Both the position numbers and the translations under genes were made by a program. A DNA stretch of 61,274 nt, counting the filler. It is 6 parts of 6 records of this genome, joined end to end, with 100 filler letters (N's around TTAATTAATTAA, not from the genome) between each part and the next. Parts side by side here need not be neighbours in the genome. Positions count along the whole stretch, not along the records: positions 9,780 to 15,920 come from DRR723986_15578; positions 16,021 to 24,376 come from DRR723986_15591; 4 more parts are not named here. One strand, 5' to 3'. Numbering within the stretch: position 1 is the first letter of the stretch; the number at the start of each line of letters is the position of its first letter. Positions 10,251 to 20,240 of this stretch are shown here, one piece after another. A model generated the notes under the pieces. It saw nothing but the letters and a program-made list of their open reading frames with translations. It did not search any database and was not told where the DNA came from.

Positions 10251-11093
10251 ATGCGTATTCCCCGTTTGGCCCTTGTAACGGCTGCTATCTGGGGCATAAC
10301 CGCCCTTTGCGCACAGGCCAAAGAACAGACCAATAATCAAGCTCACCCCACGTCCGCACACGACGTGATACGGCAACTGGATCGGTCTCTTTACGTGATG
10401 GCAGAACAAACTGGCGGCAGCCCGGCACAATGGGACATGGCCGAAAGCGATGCGCTCAGCGCCATGCGCCACGTGATCCGCACCGCACCGGAAACCTTGA
10501 CCACCCCCAATAAGAAAGGCCGCAATCCCCTCACCCGCGCAGTGACCCGGGGATACACCGGTCTGGTCGAACTCTTGTTGCAACAGCCACAGGCGATCAG
10601 TGTCATCAACCACAAAGGCACGGACGGGCTGGATGCCTATGATCATGCGCTTCTAGCATTCAGCATGACCCTGCTTGCCTGTCGCCCGGACACCGAAAAC
10701 CCGTTTACCCTTGTGCCCTACCTTGTCACCCAGCCGTACTATGCCGACCGTGATCCGTTCCCAAAGATCAAGGCGCTACTTGCGGACGCAGGTGCGGACA
10801 CCAGCGAGGATCACGCCCGCCAAACCTGGCTTGCCTACTGCACCAATGAGCACCCCCAAGACCGGCAGGACGTCCTTGCCTCTACAGACCTGCAAGCCAC
10901 GATGTTTGCCGTGCAAGCCCGCGCCACTCAGCGCAATAAGCGTTCCGAAATTGAAGCATCCGTAGCCACTTATCGTGAAATATTCGAACCTTGGGTAGAC
11001 AGCGGACGCCTAAGCGCCAAACAGTTCGAAACTGATATCGCAAACCTCTATCGTGACGCCGGTCTGGAACCACCCGAATCCAAGGATGACTAA
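10251..11093 (+). CDS. Exported ankyrin-repeat-like protein
   Basis: Signal peptide; ankyrin-like GRNPLTRAVTRGYTGLVELLL and GLDAYDHA. Confidence 0.65.
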   Translation: MRIPRLALVTAAIWGITALCAQAKEQTNNQAHPTSAHDVIRQLDRSLYVMAEQTGGSPAQWDMAESDALSAMRHVIRTAPETLTTPNKKGRNPLTRAVTRGYTGLVELLLQQPQAISVINHKGTDGLDAYDHALLAFSMTLLACRPDTENPFTLVPYLVTQPYYADRDPFPKIKALLADAGADTSEDHARQTWLAYCTNEHPQDRQDVLASTDLQATMFAVQARATQRNKRSEIEASVATYREIFEPWVDSGRLSAKQFETDIANLYRDAGLEPPESKDD

Positions 11094-11754
11094 AATGCCC
11101 TTTTCTTTGCCCCGTTTTATCAGAGCTTTGGGCGTCTGTTTACTAACCGCATTGCCAATCCAGCTTAGCGCCGATGGCGAAAAATCTGGGGAATTTGACT
11201 ATTACGTACTGGCCCTCAGCTGGTCGCCCAACTGGTGTGCCACCACCGGGGATGCACGTGTGTCAGAACAATGCGATGCGCGCGAAGATTACGGCTGGAT
11301 CCTGCATGGGCTTTGGCCACAATTCCATCGTGGCTGGCCTGCGTACTGCCGCACAGCCGAGGCTCCGCCAACCCGCCGCATGAGCCGGGAAATGACGGAC
11401 ATTCAAGGCAATGCAGGCCTTGCTTGGCACCAATGGAAAAAGCACGGCACCTGCTCGGGCCTGTCTGCCCAGCGCTACTATGACCTTGCGCGCACCGCTT
11501 ATGACAGCGTCACCCGCCCCGCGGTGTTTCGTAAGCTCGACAAACCTGTGAAACTGCCCGCCTCGTTGATCGAAGACGCCTTTCTCAAGGCCAATCCAAC
11601 GCTCAGTAAGGATACCCTCACTGTCACCTGCCGCGACAGCTATATCGAAGAGGTCCGTATCTGCCTGTCAAAGGACCTCGATCCGGTCCCCTGTGGACGC
11701 GACACCATTCAAGACTGCCGCTTGAAGAACGCCATCTTTGACCCGATTCGCTAA
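11086..11754 (+). CDS. Ribonuclease T2 family (periplasmic)
   Basis: FDYYVLALSWSP.WC, CAS I ILHGLWP, CAS II HQWKKHGTC. Confidence 0.93.
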   Translation: MTKMPFSLPRFIRALGVCLLTALPIQLSADGEKSGEFDYYVLALSWSPNWCATTGDARVSEQCDAREDYGWILHGLWPQFHRGWPAYCRTAEAPPTRRMSREMTDIQGNAGLAWHQWKKHGTCSGLSAQRYYDLARTAYDSVTRPAVFRKLDKPVKLPASLIEDAFLKANPTLSKDTLTVTCRDSYIEEVRICLSKDLDPVPCGRDTIQDCRLKNAIFDPIR

Positions 11755-11819
11755 CCCCCACTGGCCTGTCCGCTAGGGGCCGCTGGCGCCTTGCGGACCG
11801 TCACCCCCCCCATCCCCAT

Positions 11820-11857
11820 GCAGTGATCCGCTTACGCTGGATCACTGCCCGTTTTTC
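11820..11857 (+). terminator. Hairpin / possible terminator after RNase T2
   Basis: GCAGTGATCC-9nt-GGATCACTGC followed by a short T run. Confidence 0.5.
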
Positions 11858-11921
11858 CCCATGCGGATCTGTTTCAAGTCGGGTAAAATCTTACCCAGTC
11901 ATTTTCCAAAGGAATAACCCC

Positions 11922-12296
11922 ATGCGTGCGTTTAAAGCATTTTCCGTTCTTGCCCTGTCTTGCAGTGTCGCAGCCTGCGCAAATTCAGGGGCAAATTATA
12001 AGCCCGTCATCGATGGCCCGGTTGGGGCCAACTACCAAAAAGACCTTGCCGAATGTCAGGCGCTGGCCGCATCTGGCGCAACGATTGATGGCAAAACCGC
12101 CAGCTCTGCCGCAATTGGCGCAGGCGTAGGGGCCGCCTCCTCAGTTCTGTGGAATGGCAACAGCAGCGAGTTGGGCGAAGCCGCTGCCGTTGGCGCACTG
12201 GCCGGGATCACCTCCAGCGCCATTGAAAAGAACGCACAACGCGAATCCATCGTTAAGAACTGCGTGCGCGGTCGTGGTCATAACGTCGTCGGCTAA
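11922..12296 (+). CDS. Glycine-zipper lipoprotein
   Basis: Lipobox VAAC; DLAECQ; GAGVGA..GALAG zipper; CVRGRGH. Confidence 0.8.
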   Translation: MRAFKAFSVLALSCSVAACANSGANYKPVIDGPVGANYQKDLAECQALAASGATIDGKTASSAAIGAGVGAASSVLWNGNSSELGEAAAVGALAGITSSAIEKNAQRESIVKNCVRGRGHNVVG

Positions 12297-12456
12297 CCCC
12301 CGCAGTCAACACACACGCCTTCGCCTGACACCGGGCGAAGGACCCGCTTGGTTCTCCATTTTCGCCCCCCCTGTTTCACGCACTGCAAATGTTGTGACCA
12401 AGGCCCCTGCACGATAGACACGCAGCAGCTTTGACACTTTACCCTGTAGGCCAGAC

Positions 12457-13332
12457 ATGACGCACGCGGCGGCACATTTCGATTACATCCACTGCGACGT
12501 CTTCGCATCCGAGCCCTACAGCGGCAACAGCCTTGCCGTGGTGCCAGACAGCGCGGGCCTGAGCGGCGCACAGATGCAGGTGATCACCCAGGAACTGCGC
12601 CACTTTGAATCGATCTTTTTGCAAGAAAAGGACGGGGTCCATCACGCCCGTGTCTTTGATCAGAACACCGAACTGCCCTTTGCCGGTCATCCGCTGATTG
12701 GGGCCGCCTGCGCCCTGCACCGCCAATCCGGTGATCCCCAGCCGCAGATCTGGCCCTTAGTGTTACAGGGCAACAGACAGGTGAGGGTCGAAACAGAACT
12801 GCTGGACACCGGCTATCTCGGAACATTGGATCAGGGTCGCCCGGATTTCATCGCGCCCCTGCCCGAGACAGACAAACCCGCCTTTGCCCGCGCCTTCAAT
12901 CTGCACCCAGATCAGATGGCCCACCTCCCGCTTGAGGTGATCTCGACCGGCCTGCGGTATCTGGTCATTCCGGTGACGGAGGGTCTTGCCAAGGCTCGGA
13001 TCACCATCCCTAATCTCCAAGAACAGCTCACCGCACACGGCGCCGAATTTGCCTATCTCTTTGATATGACCACTTTTGAAGGGCGGCATTGGGAAAACGA
13101 TGGCAGCGTAGAAGACGTCGCCACCGGCAGTGCCGCCGGGGTGATCGGGGCCTATGCCCTGAAACACGGCTTGGTCACCGCCGAACACCGCTTTGTCCTG
13201 AAACAGGGCCACTTCATGAACCGCCCCAGCCAGCTCCACGTCACAGCGTATGGCTCACCTACCGACGTCACCCGCATCACCGTCGCGGGCAAAGTCGCTT
13301 TTGTCGGAACCGGATCGCTAATCGCGCCCTAG
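12457..13332 (+). CDS. PhzF family isomerase/epimerase
   Basis: DVF..GN.LAV, ESIF, ELPFAGHP, STG, EDVATGSA. Confidence 0.9.
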   Translation: MTHAAAHFDYIHCDVFASEPYSGNSLAVVPDSAGLSGAQMQVITQELRHFESIFLQEKDGVHHARVFDQNTELPFAGHPLIGAACALHRQSGDPQPQIWPLVLQGNRQVRVETELLDTGYLGTLDQGRPDFIAPLPETDKPAFARAFNLHPDQMAHLPLEVISTGLRYLVIPVTEGLAKARITIPNLQEQLTAHGAEFAYLFDMTTFEGRHWENDGSVEDVATGSAAGVIGAYALKHGLVTAEHRFVLKQGHFMNRPSQLHVTAYGSPTDVTRITVAGKVAFVGTGSLIAP

Positions 13333-13826
13333 CCCTGTTCTGCCTGACAGGTCCGCGCATATTCCAACGCTTTGGCCGTCCCCTTCAGGTCAATCGCCAT
13401 CACCTCTTGCCCGGTCTGGCCATAGATCGTCATCACTTTGCGCTGCGCAATCGCATGCACAAACTCCCGATCCGTAAAGAACACAATCGCGCCGGGCACC
13501 TTGCCCTGCTTGAACCCGGTCGCATTGGCATCAAAGCTTTCGCCATCCAGCTCAAACCGGATCGCATAGTTTTCACCCTGCTTGATGTCACCCCAAGCCT
13601 TGTTGAACACTACGAAATAACCCCGGTTCCCGGTCGCATCATAGCCCAAACGCACCAGCGACAGATCCTGATACACTGTCTGGATCAAACAGCCATTGCC
13701 CATCGCCGGATCCACCATCAGGTTCCAGCCATGCACGAACCCCTTGTCGATCAGCTCTTGTGCCTGTGCCAGTCCCGCACTCACGCTCAGCGCGGCGGCC
13801 AAAGCCAATGTGGTCAGTTTCTTCAT
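13329..13826 (-). CDS. Exported hypothetical protein
   Basis: GGAGG RBS, signal peptide MKKLTTLALAAALSVSAGLAQA, two Cys. Confidence 0.75.
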   Translation of the reverse strand: MKKLTTLALAAALSVSAGLAQAQELIDKGFVHGWNLMVDPAMGNGCLIQTVYQDLSLVRLGYDATGNRGYFVVFNKAWGDIKQGENYAIRFELDGESFDANATGFKQGKVPGAIVFFTDREFVHAIAQRKVMTIYGQTGQEVMAIDLKGTAKALEYARTCQAEQG

Positions 13827-13958
13827 TGCGAAGCCCTCCAAAAGGCAAAACCCATGTCTCTCAACTGTGTACCGCAATCCCCACCAGAACCAAGCCCCAA
13901 CCCGCTTGCAGCTCATCCAATTGCACCGTAGGGAATTGGAACAACCTACGAGGTCCCC

Positions 13959-14351
13959 ATGCTTACGATCCTGTCCAAACTCTTTGGCCCCCATCGCGCG
14001 GTCTCGATTTATGTCTTTCTACAAACACGCGGCATCGCGATCTTTGGCGCACTTGTTCTGATCGGCATCTTGGCTGGGATCTATCGTTCAGCCTCTGTCG
14101 TGGATGACCATGAACACGAAGCCTTCATAATTGTTCCAGTCTTGTCTGCGACACCAATCAACGGCGACATCAAAACCGGTATCATCGTCTCTGTCCGCCT
14201 TCCCGAAGGCGACGCCACTTCGATCACCTCGACCGAGGGACACATCGCGCGCACCGTCACCACACAGGCCTGCATTGAAAAACGGGTCTATGTGTCCTCT
14301 GGCGAAGCGCGCTATCGGCTGAAACTGCCCAACAAGTGCGCGGCGAACTAA
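13959..14351 (+). CDS. Hypothetical membrane-anchored protein
   Basis: GAGG RBS, single TM segment, followed by a terminator. Confidence 0.65.
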   Translation: MLTILSKLFGPHRAVSIYVFLQTRGIAIFGALVLIGILAGIYRSASVVDDHEHEAFIIVPVLSATPINGDIKTGIIVSVRLPEGDATSITSTEGHIARTVTTQACIEKRVYVSSGEARYRLKLPNKCAAN

Positions 14352-14377
14352 GCGCCCACACCACATACCCCAAATAC

Positions 14378-14408
14378 AAAAACGCCCGACGCTGCCGCCG
14401 GGCGTTTT
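14378..14408. terminator. Bidirectional intrinsic terminator
   Basis: AAAAACGCCCG...CGGGCGTTTT between convergent genes. Confidence 0.7.
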
Positions 14409-14427
14409 CTTGTTTCAGTCTCGGCGC

Positions 14428-15459
14428 TTAGACCATCTGGAACACAATGCCCGCGACAATCGCCCCGCTGATCCCCAGCCCCAGATACATCGCAAACACC
14501 TGCGGCTTGACCAAGGACCAGACGGCGGCCATCGCCGGGATCGAACTGACCGCTCCGCCAACCATAAAGGCCATCGCGGCACCGGCGCTCATGCCCTGCT
14601 CCATCAAGCCCGCCAATAACGGCGGCGCCACATAAGAGTTCAGATAAGCCGGCATCCCAACGAGGGCTGCCGTGACAATTGGCAACACACCTTCGCCACC
14701 AACCACCTGCGCAATCAGATCCGCCGGAACATAAGACACCAACAGCGCCTCAAGAACATAAGCCAGCGCGAGCCATTTCAGCAGGAACAATCCGTTCTGC
14801 ACAAACTCGGCCCGGAACCGCACCCGACGCTCGGGCGACTGCCAGAATGCCCACAACGGTTTCTCGTCCTGCTTTGGTCCGGCGCCACAACACCCGGCAG
14901 GTTTGTACACCTTTAACGGCTGGGCAAACGCCCCCTGTGTCATCAGCGCTTTGATCGCAAAACCGCCAAACAAACCCAAAGCAACCGCAACAATTGCTTT
15001 CCCAATGGCAAACGGCCAACCCAGCGCACCCGCAGTGATCAACAAAGTCGGCGGGTCAATCAACGGCGAACTCAGCCAGAATGCCATCACCGCAGACAAC
15101 GGTGCGCCCAAGGCCAACAAACCGGCGATGAACGGAATGACTTCGCACGAACAGAACGGAGCCAGTCCACCAAACAACGCCGCCAAAAAGATCATCCGCG
15201 TCTCGCGCCCGACAAAGGCGCGCGCCACCATGACCTCGGCCCCGGTTGCCTTGAGATAGGCCAGCAACAGCACCGCAAACAGAATGTACTGTCCCGTATG
15301 CGCCAGCGCCTTAATGGCGAAGGTTATGATCGTCTGAAAGTTGCCAGAATCCAAAATCCCGACAGCCAGCAATAGCGCAACAATCACCGCCCACGGGGTT
15401 TTGAGTGCGCCAGAAATCGCAGGCCATACCCGCGACGGATTTTGTGACAGATCAGCCAT
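14428..15459 (-). CDS. DUF318/ArsP family permease
   Basis: Polytopic membrane protein with PFCSCEVIP, SPLIDP, GCCG loop and GMSAGAAMAFMVGG; overlaps arsR by 8 bp. Confidence 0.8.
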   Translation of the reverse strand: MADLSQNPSRVWPAISGALKTPWAVIVALLLAVGILDSGNFQTIITFAIKALAHTGQYILFAVLLLAYLKATGAEVMVARAFVGRETRMIFLAALFGGLAPFCSCEVIPFIAGLLALGAPLSAVMAFWLSSPLIDPPTLLITAGALGWPFAIGKAIVAVALGLFGGFAIKALMTQGAFAQPLKVYKPAGCCGAGPKQDEKPLWAFWQSPERRVRFRAEFVQNGLFLLKWLALAYVLEALLVSYVPADLIAQVVGGEGVLPIVTAALVGMPAYLNSYVAPPLLAGLMEQGMSAGAAMAFMVGGAVSSIPAMAAVWSLVKPQVFAMYLGLGISGAIVAGIVFQMV

Positions 15460-15760
15460 CGTTCGCAGCCTTCTTTGGGGCGTCCGCACAGCATTCACTC
15501 AGAATGAACTCTGCCAGATCACGCAATTCATCAAAACATGCCCGGTTGATCGTGCTGCGACCCACCTTTTCCTGCGTCACCACTCCGCCCCCTGCGAGGG
15601 ATTTCAAATGATGCGCCAATGTGGACGGGGCGATTCCCGTACGAGTCTGGATCTCTCCAACGGTCAATCCCTCCTCGCCGGCGCGGATCAACGTCTTGAG
15701 AACCATCAATCTGGCCTCAGACCCCATCGCCGCGAATCCTGCTGCTGATTTTTCCCACAT
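15452..15760 (-). CDS. ArsR/SmtB family repressor with C-terminal vicinal CC
   Basis: FAAMGSEARL, STLAHHL, C-terminal SECCAD. Confidence 0.88.
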   Translation of the reverse strand: MWEKSAAGFAAMGSEARLMVLKTLIRAGEEGLTVGEIQTRTGIAPSTLAHHLKSLAGGGVVTQEKVGRSTINRACFDELRDLAEFILSECCADAPKKAANDG

Positions 15761-15920
15761 ATTGGGTCTCCTAATTAAACTACAAAACTAGTTATATAGA
15801 TTCGTAAGCGTTGGCAAGCCCTCACGCGTCTCAGAAAAATTTCCACCCGTTAACGGCGATTCGCTTCGACAGGGATCTGGATCTGGTGAATCGTACGAAA
15901 TCGCGTAGGAATTCCCCAAA

Positions 15921-16020
15921 NNNNNNNNNNNNNNNNNNNNNNNNNNNNNNNNNNNNNNNNNNNNTTAATTAATTAANNNNNNNNNNNNNNNNNNNNNNNN
16001 NNNNNNNNNNNNNNNNNNNN
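15921..16020. other. Assembly/concatenation spacer
   Basis: N run with TTAATTAATTAA. Confidence 0.98.
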
Positions 16021-16153
16021 GGCGGGAGTATTTCGGCCAAGAAGAAGGGCAAGGTCGTTTTCTGGACGTTCCCGGTGCGTTCGGGTGCTTGCCGGGGTCG
16101 CGTGACACCCCTAGGCTGCGCCGCGACAGGAAATCAGCGCGAAGAGGTTCGAG

Positions 16154-16615
16154 ATGAGCAACTATGAGGCCAGATTGGCCGAGATGGGCATTACGCTGCC
16201 CGACGCCCCGGCCCCGGCGGCCAATTACGTGCCGTTCGTGGTGGTGGGTGACATCGTCTACGTGTCCGGGCAGATTTCTTCCGACGAGACCGGCCTGATC
16301 ACCGGCACTTTGGGCTCTGACATGCCGACCGAGGGGGGCGCGGCCGCCGCGCGGCGCTGCGCCATCAGCCTGCTGGCGCAGGTCAAGGCCGCCTGTGGTG
16401 GTGACCTCGACCGGCTGGTGCGGGTGATCAAGCTTACCGGTTTCGTGAATTCAACCGCGGACTATACGGATCAGCCCAAGGTCATAAACGGGGCCTCCGA
16501 CTTTCTGGTCGAAGCCTTGGGCGATTCTGGCCGCCACAGCCGGTCTGCCGTTTCTGCCGCGTCTCTGCCATTTGGAGTTGCGGTTGAGATCGAAGGGATT
16601 TTTCAGATCGCATGA
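16154..16615 (+). CDS. RidA/YjgF family protein
   Basis: PAANYVP, VSGQI, KLTGFVNS, GRHSRSAV, VEIE. Confidence 0.9.
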   Translation: MSNYEARLAEMGITLPDAPAPAANYVPFVVVGDIVYVSGQISSDETGLITGTLGSDMPTEGGAAAARRCAISLLAQVKAACGGDLDRLVRVIKLTGFVNSTADYTDQPKVINGASDFLVEALGDSGRHSRSAVSAASLPFGVAVEIEGIFQIA

Positions 16616-17364
16616 GCCTGCACCCTTCTTTTCTGGCCGCGCCGATCGCGCATCGGGGGCTGCATGACCTGAGCGAGGGGCGCCCGGAAAACGGGCTCTC
16701 TGCGGTGCGGGCGGCGGTCGATGCGGGCTATGGGCTGGAACTTGACCTGCAAATCTCAGCAGACGGTGTGGCCATGGTCTTTCACGACTATGAGCTGGAC
16801 CGGGTGACTGGTGAAAGCGGGCAGGTCAAGCGGCGCAGTGCGGCGGAGCTCGGGCAGATCACCCTGACCGGCAGCGACGACCGCATACCGCGCCTGTCTG
16901 AGGTGTTGGAACTGGTGGATGGCCGGGTGCCGATGCTGCTGGAGATCAAGGAGCAAAGCCGTTTCATGGGCCCGGTTGACGGCGGTCTGGAACGCGCTGT
17001 CGCGGCAGAGCTTCGGGGTTATGGCGGCCCGGTCGCGGTGATGAGCTTCAACCCGGCCTCGGTCGCGGCGCTGGCGGCTGCCGCCCCGGACCTGCCGCGC
17101 GGGCTGACCAGTGGCAGCTATGACGACCCGGAATGGGCACCGCTTGGCGCGGCTGTCCTTGATCGGTTCCGGGCGCTGAGGGATTTCGACGAAACGGGCA
17201 GCTGTTTCATCAGCCATTATCACGAGGATCTGGCCGATCCTGCGGTCGCGGCGCTGAAGGCACGGGGCGTGCCGGTGCTGTGCTGGACCATCCGTTCGCC
17301 CGAGGCGGAAGCCGCAGCGCGCCGGATTGCGGATAACATCACCTTCGAGGGGTATCTGCCATGA
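16612..17364 (+). CDS. Glycerophosphodiester phosphodiesterase family
   Basis: IAHRG, PEN, ELDLQ, FHD, LEIK, MSF, WT. Confidence 0.9.
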   Translation: MSLHPSFLAAPIAHRGLHDLSEGRPENGLSAVRAAVDAGYGLELDLQISADGVAMVFHDYELDRVTGESGQVKRRSAAELGQITLTGSDDRIPRLSEVLELVDGRVPMLLEIKEQSRFMGPVDGGLERAVAAELRGYGGPVAVMSFNPASVAALAAAAPDLPRGLTSGSYDDPEWAPLGAAVLDRFRALRDFDETGSCFISHYHEDLADPAVAALKARGVPVLCWTIRSPEAEAAARRIADNITFEGYLP

Positions 17365-17696
17365 CCATTCTGCGCACCACGCACAGCCTTGTGGGGGTTC
17401 TGACCCTCGTTCTTTTGCTGTCGGCCGTTCGAAGTGAGCTGCGGATTGCCCTGAACGCTGTGGATTCCCCGTCTTTGGCGCTGCTCATTCCGGTTTTGGC
17501 CTTTGCCGGGCTGGTGACCGCGATCACCTCGGCGCTGACGGCCATTGTGGTGGACATGGCAGCTTTGGTCTTGCTTGTTCTTTACATGGTCGGAAATGGC
17601 GGCGATGCCTTGACCCTGACAGGGGTGGTCGGCCTTTGTATCATGGCTGGCCTTTGCGTCGGGTTGATCCGGTTTGACCGCAAGACTGGTGATTGA
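17361..17696 (+). CDS. Small hydrophobic membrane protein
   Basis: 111 aa, about four TM segments, ATGA overlap with the upstream gene. Confidence 0.6.
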   Translation: MTILRTTHSLVGVLTLVLLLSAVRSELRIALNAVDSPSLALLIPVLAFAGLVTAITSALTAIVVDMAALVLLVLYMVGNGGDALTLTGVVGLCIMAGLCVGLIRFDRKTGD

Positions 17697-17745
17697 TCTT
17701 CGCGCCATTCGACCCATCTTTTGAAGGAAAGCTTCAGGGGCGATC

Positions 17746-18936
17746 ATGGACGGCGAAACTGCAGTTGAGATCACGGCCTATGCCAGCCTGTCGGATATTC
17801 CGGCGGTGGACTGGGATGCCTGTGCTTGTCCGGAAGCTGCCGAAGGCGGTGCGCCGTTTGACCCATTCACCACGCATAGGTTCCTGAAAGCGCTGGAAGA
17901 CAGCGGCTCGGTCGGGCCGGGCAGCGGTTGGCAGCCGCGCTACCTGGTGGCGCGTGCCGCAGGGCAGGTGATTGCCGCAGCACCGCTATATGCCAAGGGG
18001 CACAGTCAGGGCGAATATATCTTCGATCACAACTGGGCTCATGCCTATGAACGGGCAGGTGGGCGATACTACCCCAAGTTGCAGATGGCGGTGCCCTTCA
18101 CCCCCGCGACTGGCAGACGCTTTCTGACGCGCCCGGGGTGGGAGGATGTGGGCCGTGCCGCGCTTGTGCAAGGCGCGGTGCAGGTGGCCGAGGATAACGG
18201 GCTTTCGTCGCTGCATATCACCTTTTGCACCGGGGAAGAGGCCGAAGCCGGGGCGCGCATTGGCCTTCTTCGTCGGACCACACAGCAGTTTCATTGGGAA
18301 AACGCGGGCTATGGCGGCTTTGACGATTTCCTCGGCAGCCTGTCCTCTCGCAAGCGCAAGACGATCCGCAAGGAACGCGCGCAGGCGCAGGGGTTTGGCG
18401 GGCAGATCATCTCTCTGACAGGCGACGTGTTGCGCCCCGAACACTGGGATGCGTTCTGGCAGTTTTACCAGGACACCGGTGCGCGCAAATGGGGCAATCC
18501 CTATCTGACGCGGGCCTTCTTCGACATCGTGCAGGACAGCATGCGCGACGATGTACTGTTGGTGCTGGCGATGCGGGAGGGGCAGGCGGTGGCGGGGGCG
18601 CTGAACTTCATCGGGCGCGACGTGCTTTTCGGCCGCTACTGGGGTTGCATGGAACACCACCCCTGCCTGCATTTCGAACTGTGCTATTATCAGGCCATTG
18701 ACGCTGCGATTGCGCGGGGTCTTGCCCGTGTCGAAGCAGGCGCTCAGGGCGAACACAAGCTGGCGCGCGGCTATCTGCCGGTGCAGACGCATTCCCTGCA
18801 TTGGATCGCCGATCCCGGCTTTTCCGAAGCGGTGGAAAATTATCTGGAGGCCGAACGCGCCGCGGTGGAGGAGGATATCGAGATCCTCACCGCCTTTGGC
18901 CCGTTCCGCAAGGCTCAGGTGGAGGAACAGGAATGA
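17746..18936 (+). CDS. GNAT/FemAB-like (DUF482) protein
   Basis: [50 protein letters not shown]. Confidence 0.9.
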   Translation: MDGETAVEITAYASLSDIPAVDWDACACPEAAEGGAPFDPFTTHRFLKALEDSGSVGPGSGWQPRYLVARAAGQVIAAAPLYAKGHSQGEYIFDHNWAHAYERAGGRYYPKLQMAVPFTPATGRRFLTRPGWEDVGRAALVQGAVQVAEDNGLSSLHITFCTGEEAEAGARIGLLRRTTQQFHWENAGYGGFDDFLGSLSSRKRKTIRKERAQAQGFGGQIISLTGDVLRPEHWDAFWQFYQDTGARKWGNPYLTRAFFDIVQDSMRDDVLLVLAMREGQAVAGALNFIGRDVLFGRYWGCMEHHPCLHFELCYYQAIDAAIARGLARVEAGAQGEHKLARGYLPVQTHSLHWIADPGFSEAVENYLEAERAAVEEDIEILTAFGPFRKAQVEEQE

Positions 18937-19229
18937 CCGACAAGCTGACCGGGATCGAACGGGACACCGCCCTTGCACCTTTGCTGGCGGCTGGCTGGCA
19001 GTTGGTCGATGGCCGCGATGCCATCGCCAAGACCTATGTCTTCCGCAACTTCATCGAGGCGTTCGGGTTCATGACCCGGGCCGCGTTGTGGGCCGAGAAG
19101 TGGAACCACCACCCGGAATGGTCCAACGTCTACAAGACGGTAGAGGTCACGCTGACCAGCCATGACGTGGAGGGCTTGAGCGCACGGGATGTGAAGCTGG
19201 CGAAGAAGATGGACACGCTGGCGGGCTAA
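18933..19229 (+). CDS. phhB: Pterin-4-alpha-carbinolamine dehydratase
   Basis: [29 protein letters not shown]. Confidence 0.9.
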   Translation: MTDKLTGIERDTALAPLLAAGWQLVDGRDAIAKTYVFRNFIEAFGFMTRAALWAEKWNHHPEWSNVYKTVEVTLTSHDVEGLSARDVKLAKKMDTLAG

Positions 19230-19456
19230 GGCCCCCGATGGTCGCCGGTTAATCTGAGAACAGAAAGTCGTCGTCAATGCGGTTGGGCTTGGCGCGATCG
19301 TCCGGCTCTGACACCACATTCGCAGCCTTCGAGACCCGAGTATCCCGAAACTCTCCCAGCTGTCAGATGGGAATTCTTTGACACCAAAGTACACGCGCCG
19401 TCTATTGAGGCAACTAGCCGCCCAACTTCGTGGCACCAACAGGCTTGGAGACCTTT

Positions 19457-20080
19457 GTGACACTGAACGTCATTGGAACTGGATTTGGCAGGACCGGAAC
19501 AGACTCGATGCGTGCTGCATTGAACATTCTGGGCGTCGGCCCCACGCATCACATGTTCGAACTTGAAGAGGGTACACCACTTCGGCAGCCATGGCTTGAT
19601 CTTGCGAAAGGTGCAGAACCGGACTGGGAGTTGCTGTTCACCGGCTATCACGCCTGCGTTGACTGGCCTTCCGCCCACTACTGGCGGGCATTGATAGAGG
19701 AATATCCCAATGCCAAGGTTCTGCTGACCTTGCGATCCGCTGAAAGCTGGTGGACCAGCTTTGAGGCAACCCTGTTGAAACACTTGCAAAGTGGCGCTGA
19801 TCCAGAGGGGCTAGGTGTTCTGCTGGTGGCCGAACAGGTATTCGGCGGGCGCCCTGATGACCGTGCTCATGCCATCGCGACCTATAACCGGAACACCGAA
19901 GAGGTTATAGAGACGGTCGAACCAGAGCGGTTGTTGATCCATAATCTTGGCGACGGTTGGGATCCGCTGTGCAACTGGTTGGGGCTTTCTGTCCCCGAGG
20001 TCAGTTATCCGACGGGAAACACAACCAAGGACTTGAATGCGCGTCTGGCAAAAAAGGACGAAGGCCGCTCGACCCCCTAG
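19457..20080 (+). CDS. Sulfotransferase-like P-loop protein (Sulfotransfer_4 type)
   Basis: VIGTGFGRTGT.S, HHM, VDWP, AKVLLTLR, GDGWDPLC; GTG start after GGAG. Confidence 0.85.
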   Translation: MTLNVIGTGFGRTGTDSMRAALNILGVGPTHHMFELEEGTPLRQPWLDLAKGAEPDWELLFTGYHACVDWPSAHYWRALIEEYPNAKVLLTLRSAESWWTSFEATLLKHLQSGADPEGLGVLLVAEQVFGGRPDDRAHAIATYNRNTEEVIETVEPERLLIHNLGDGWDPLCNWLGLSVPEVSYPTGNTTKDLNARLAKKDEGRSTP

Positions 20081-20213
20081 AGTTCGGTAAACAGGCGGCT
20101 GTGTGTGGATTAGCTTAGAGCGTTCTGCCAAAATGTACTGGGGAGCATTAAGGCGACCGGGCCTTGTGGCCAGACCCGCAGCCTATGGGCTGAGTGCTTG
20201 CCAGATGTGGGCT

Positions 20214-20233
20214 GGGGTGCCCAAAGGCACCCC
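20214..20233. terminator. GC hairpin just downstream of peroxiredoxin
   Basis: GGGGTGCC-CAAA-GGCACCCC. Confidence 0.45.
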
Positions 20234-20240
20234 CCCGATC

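Noticed and set aside
12457..13332. Phenazine biosynthesis cluster
   Set aside because: Lone PhzF-family gene; no phzABCDEG nearby
17986..18978. 330-aa minus-strand ORF
   Set aside because: Shadow of the GNAT/FemAB-like gene
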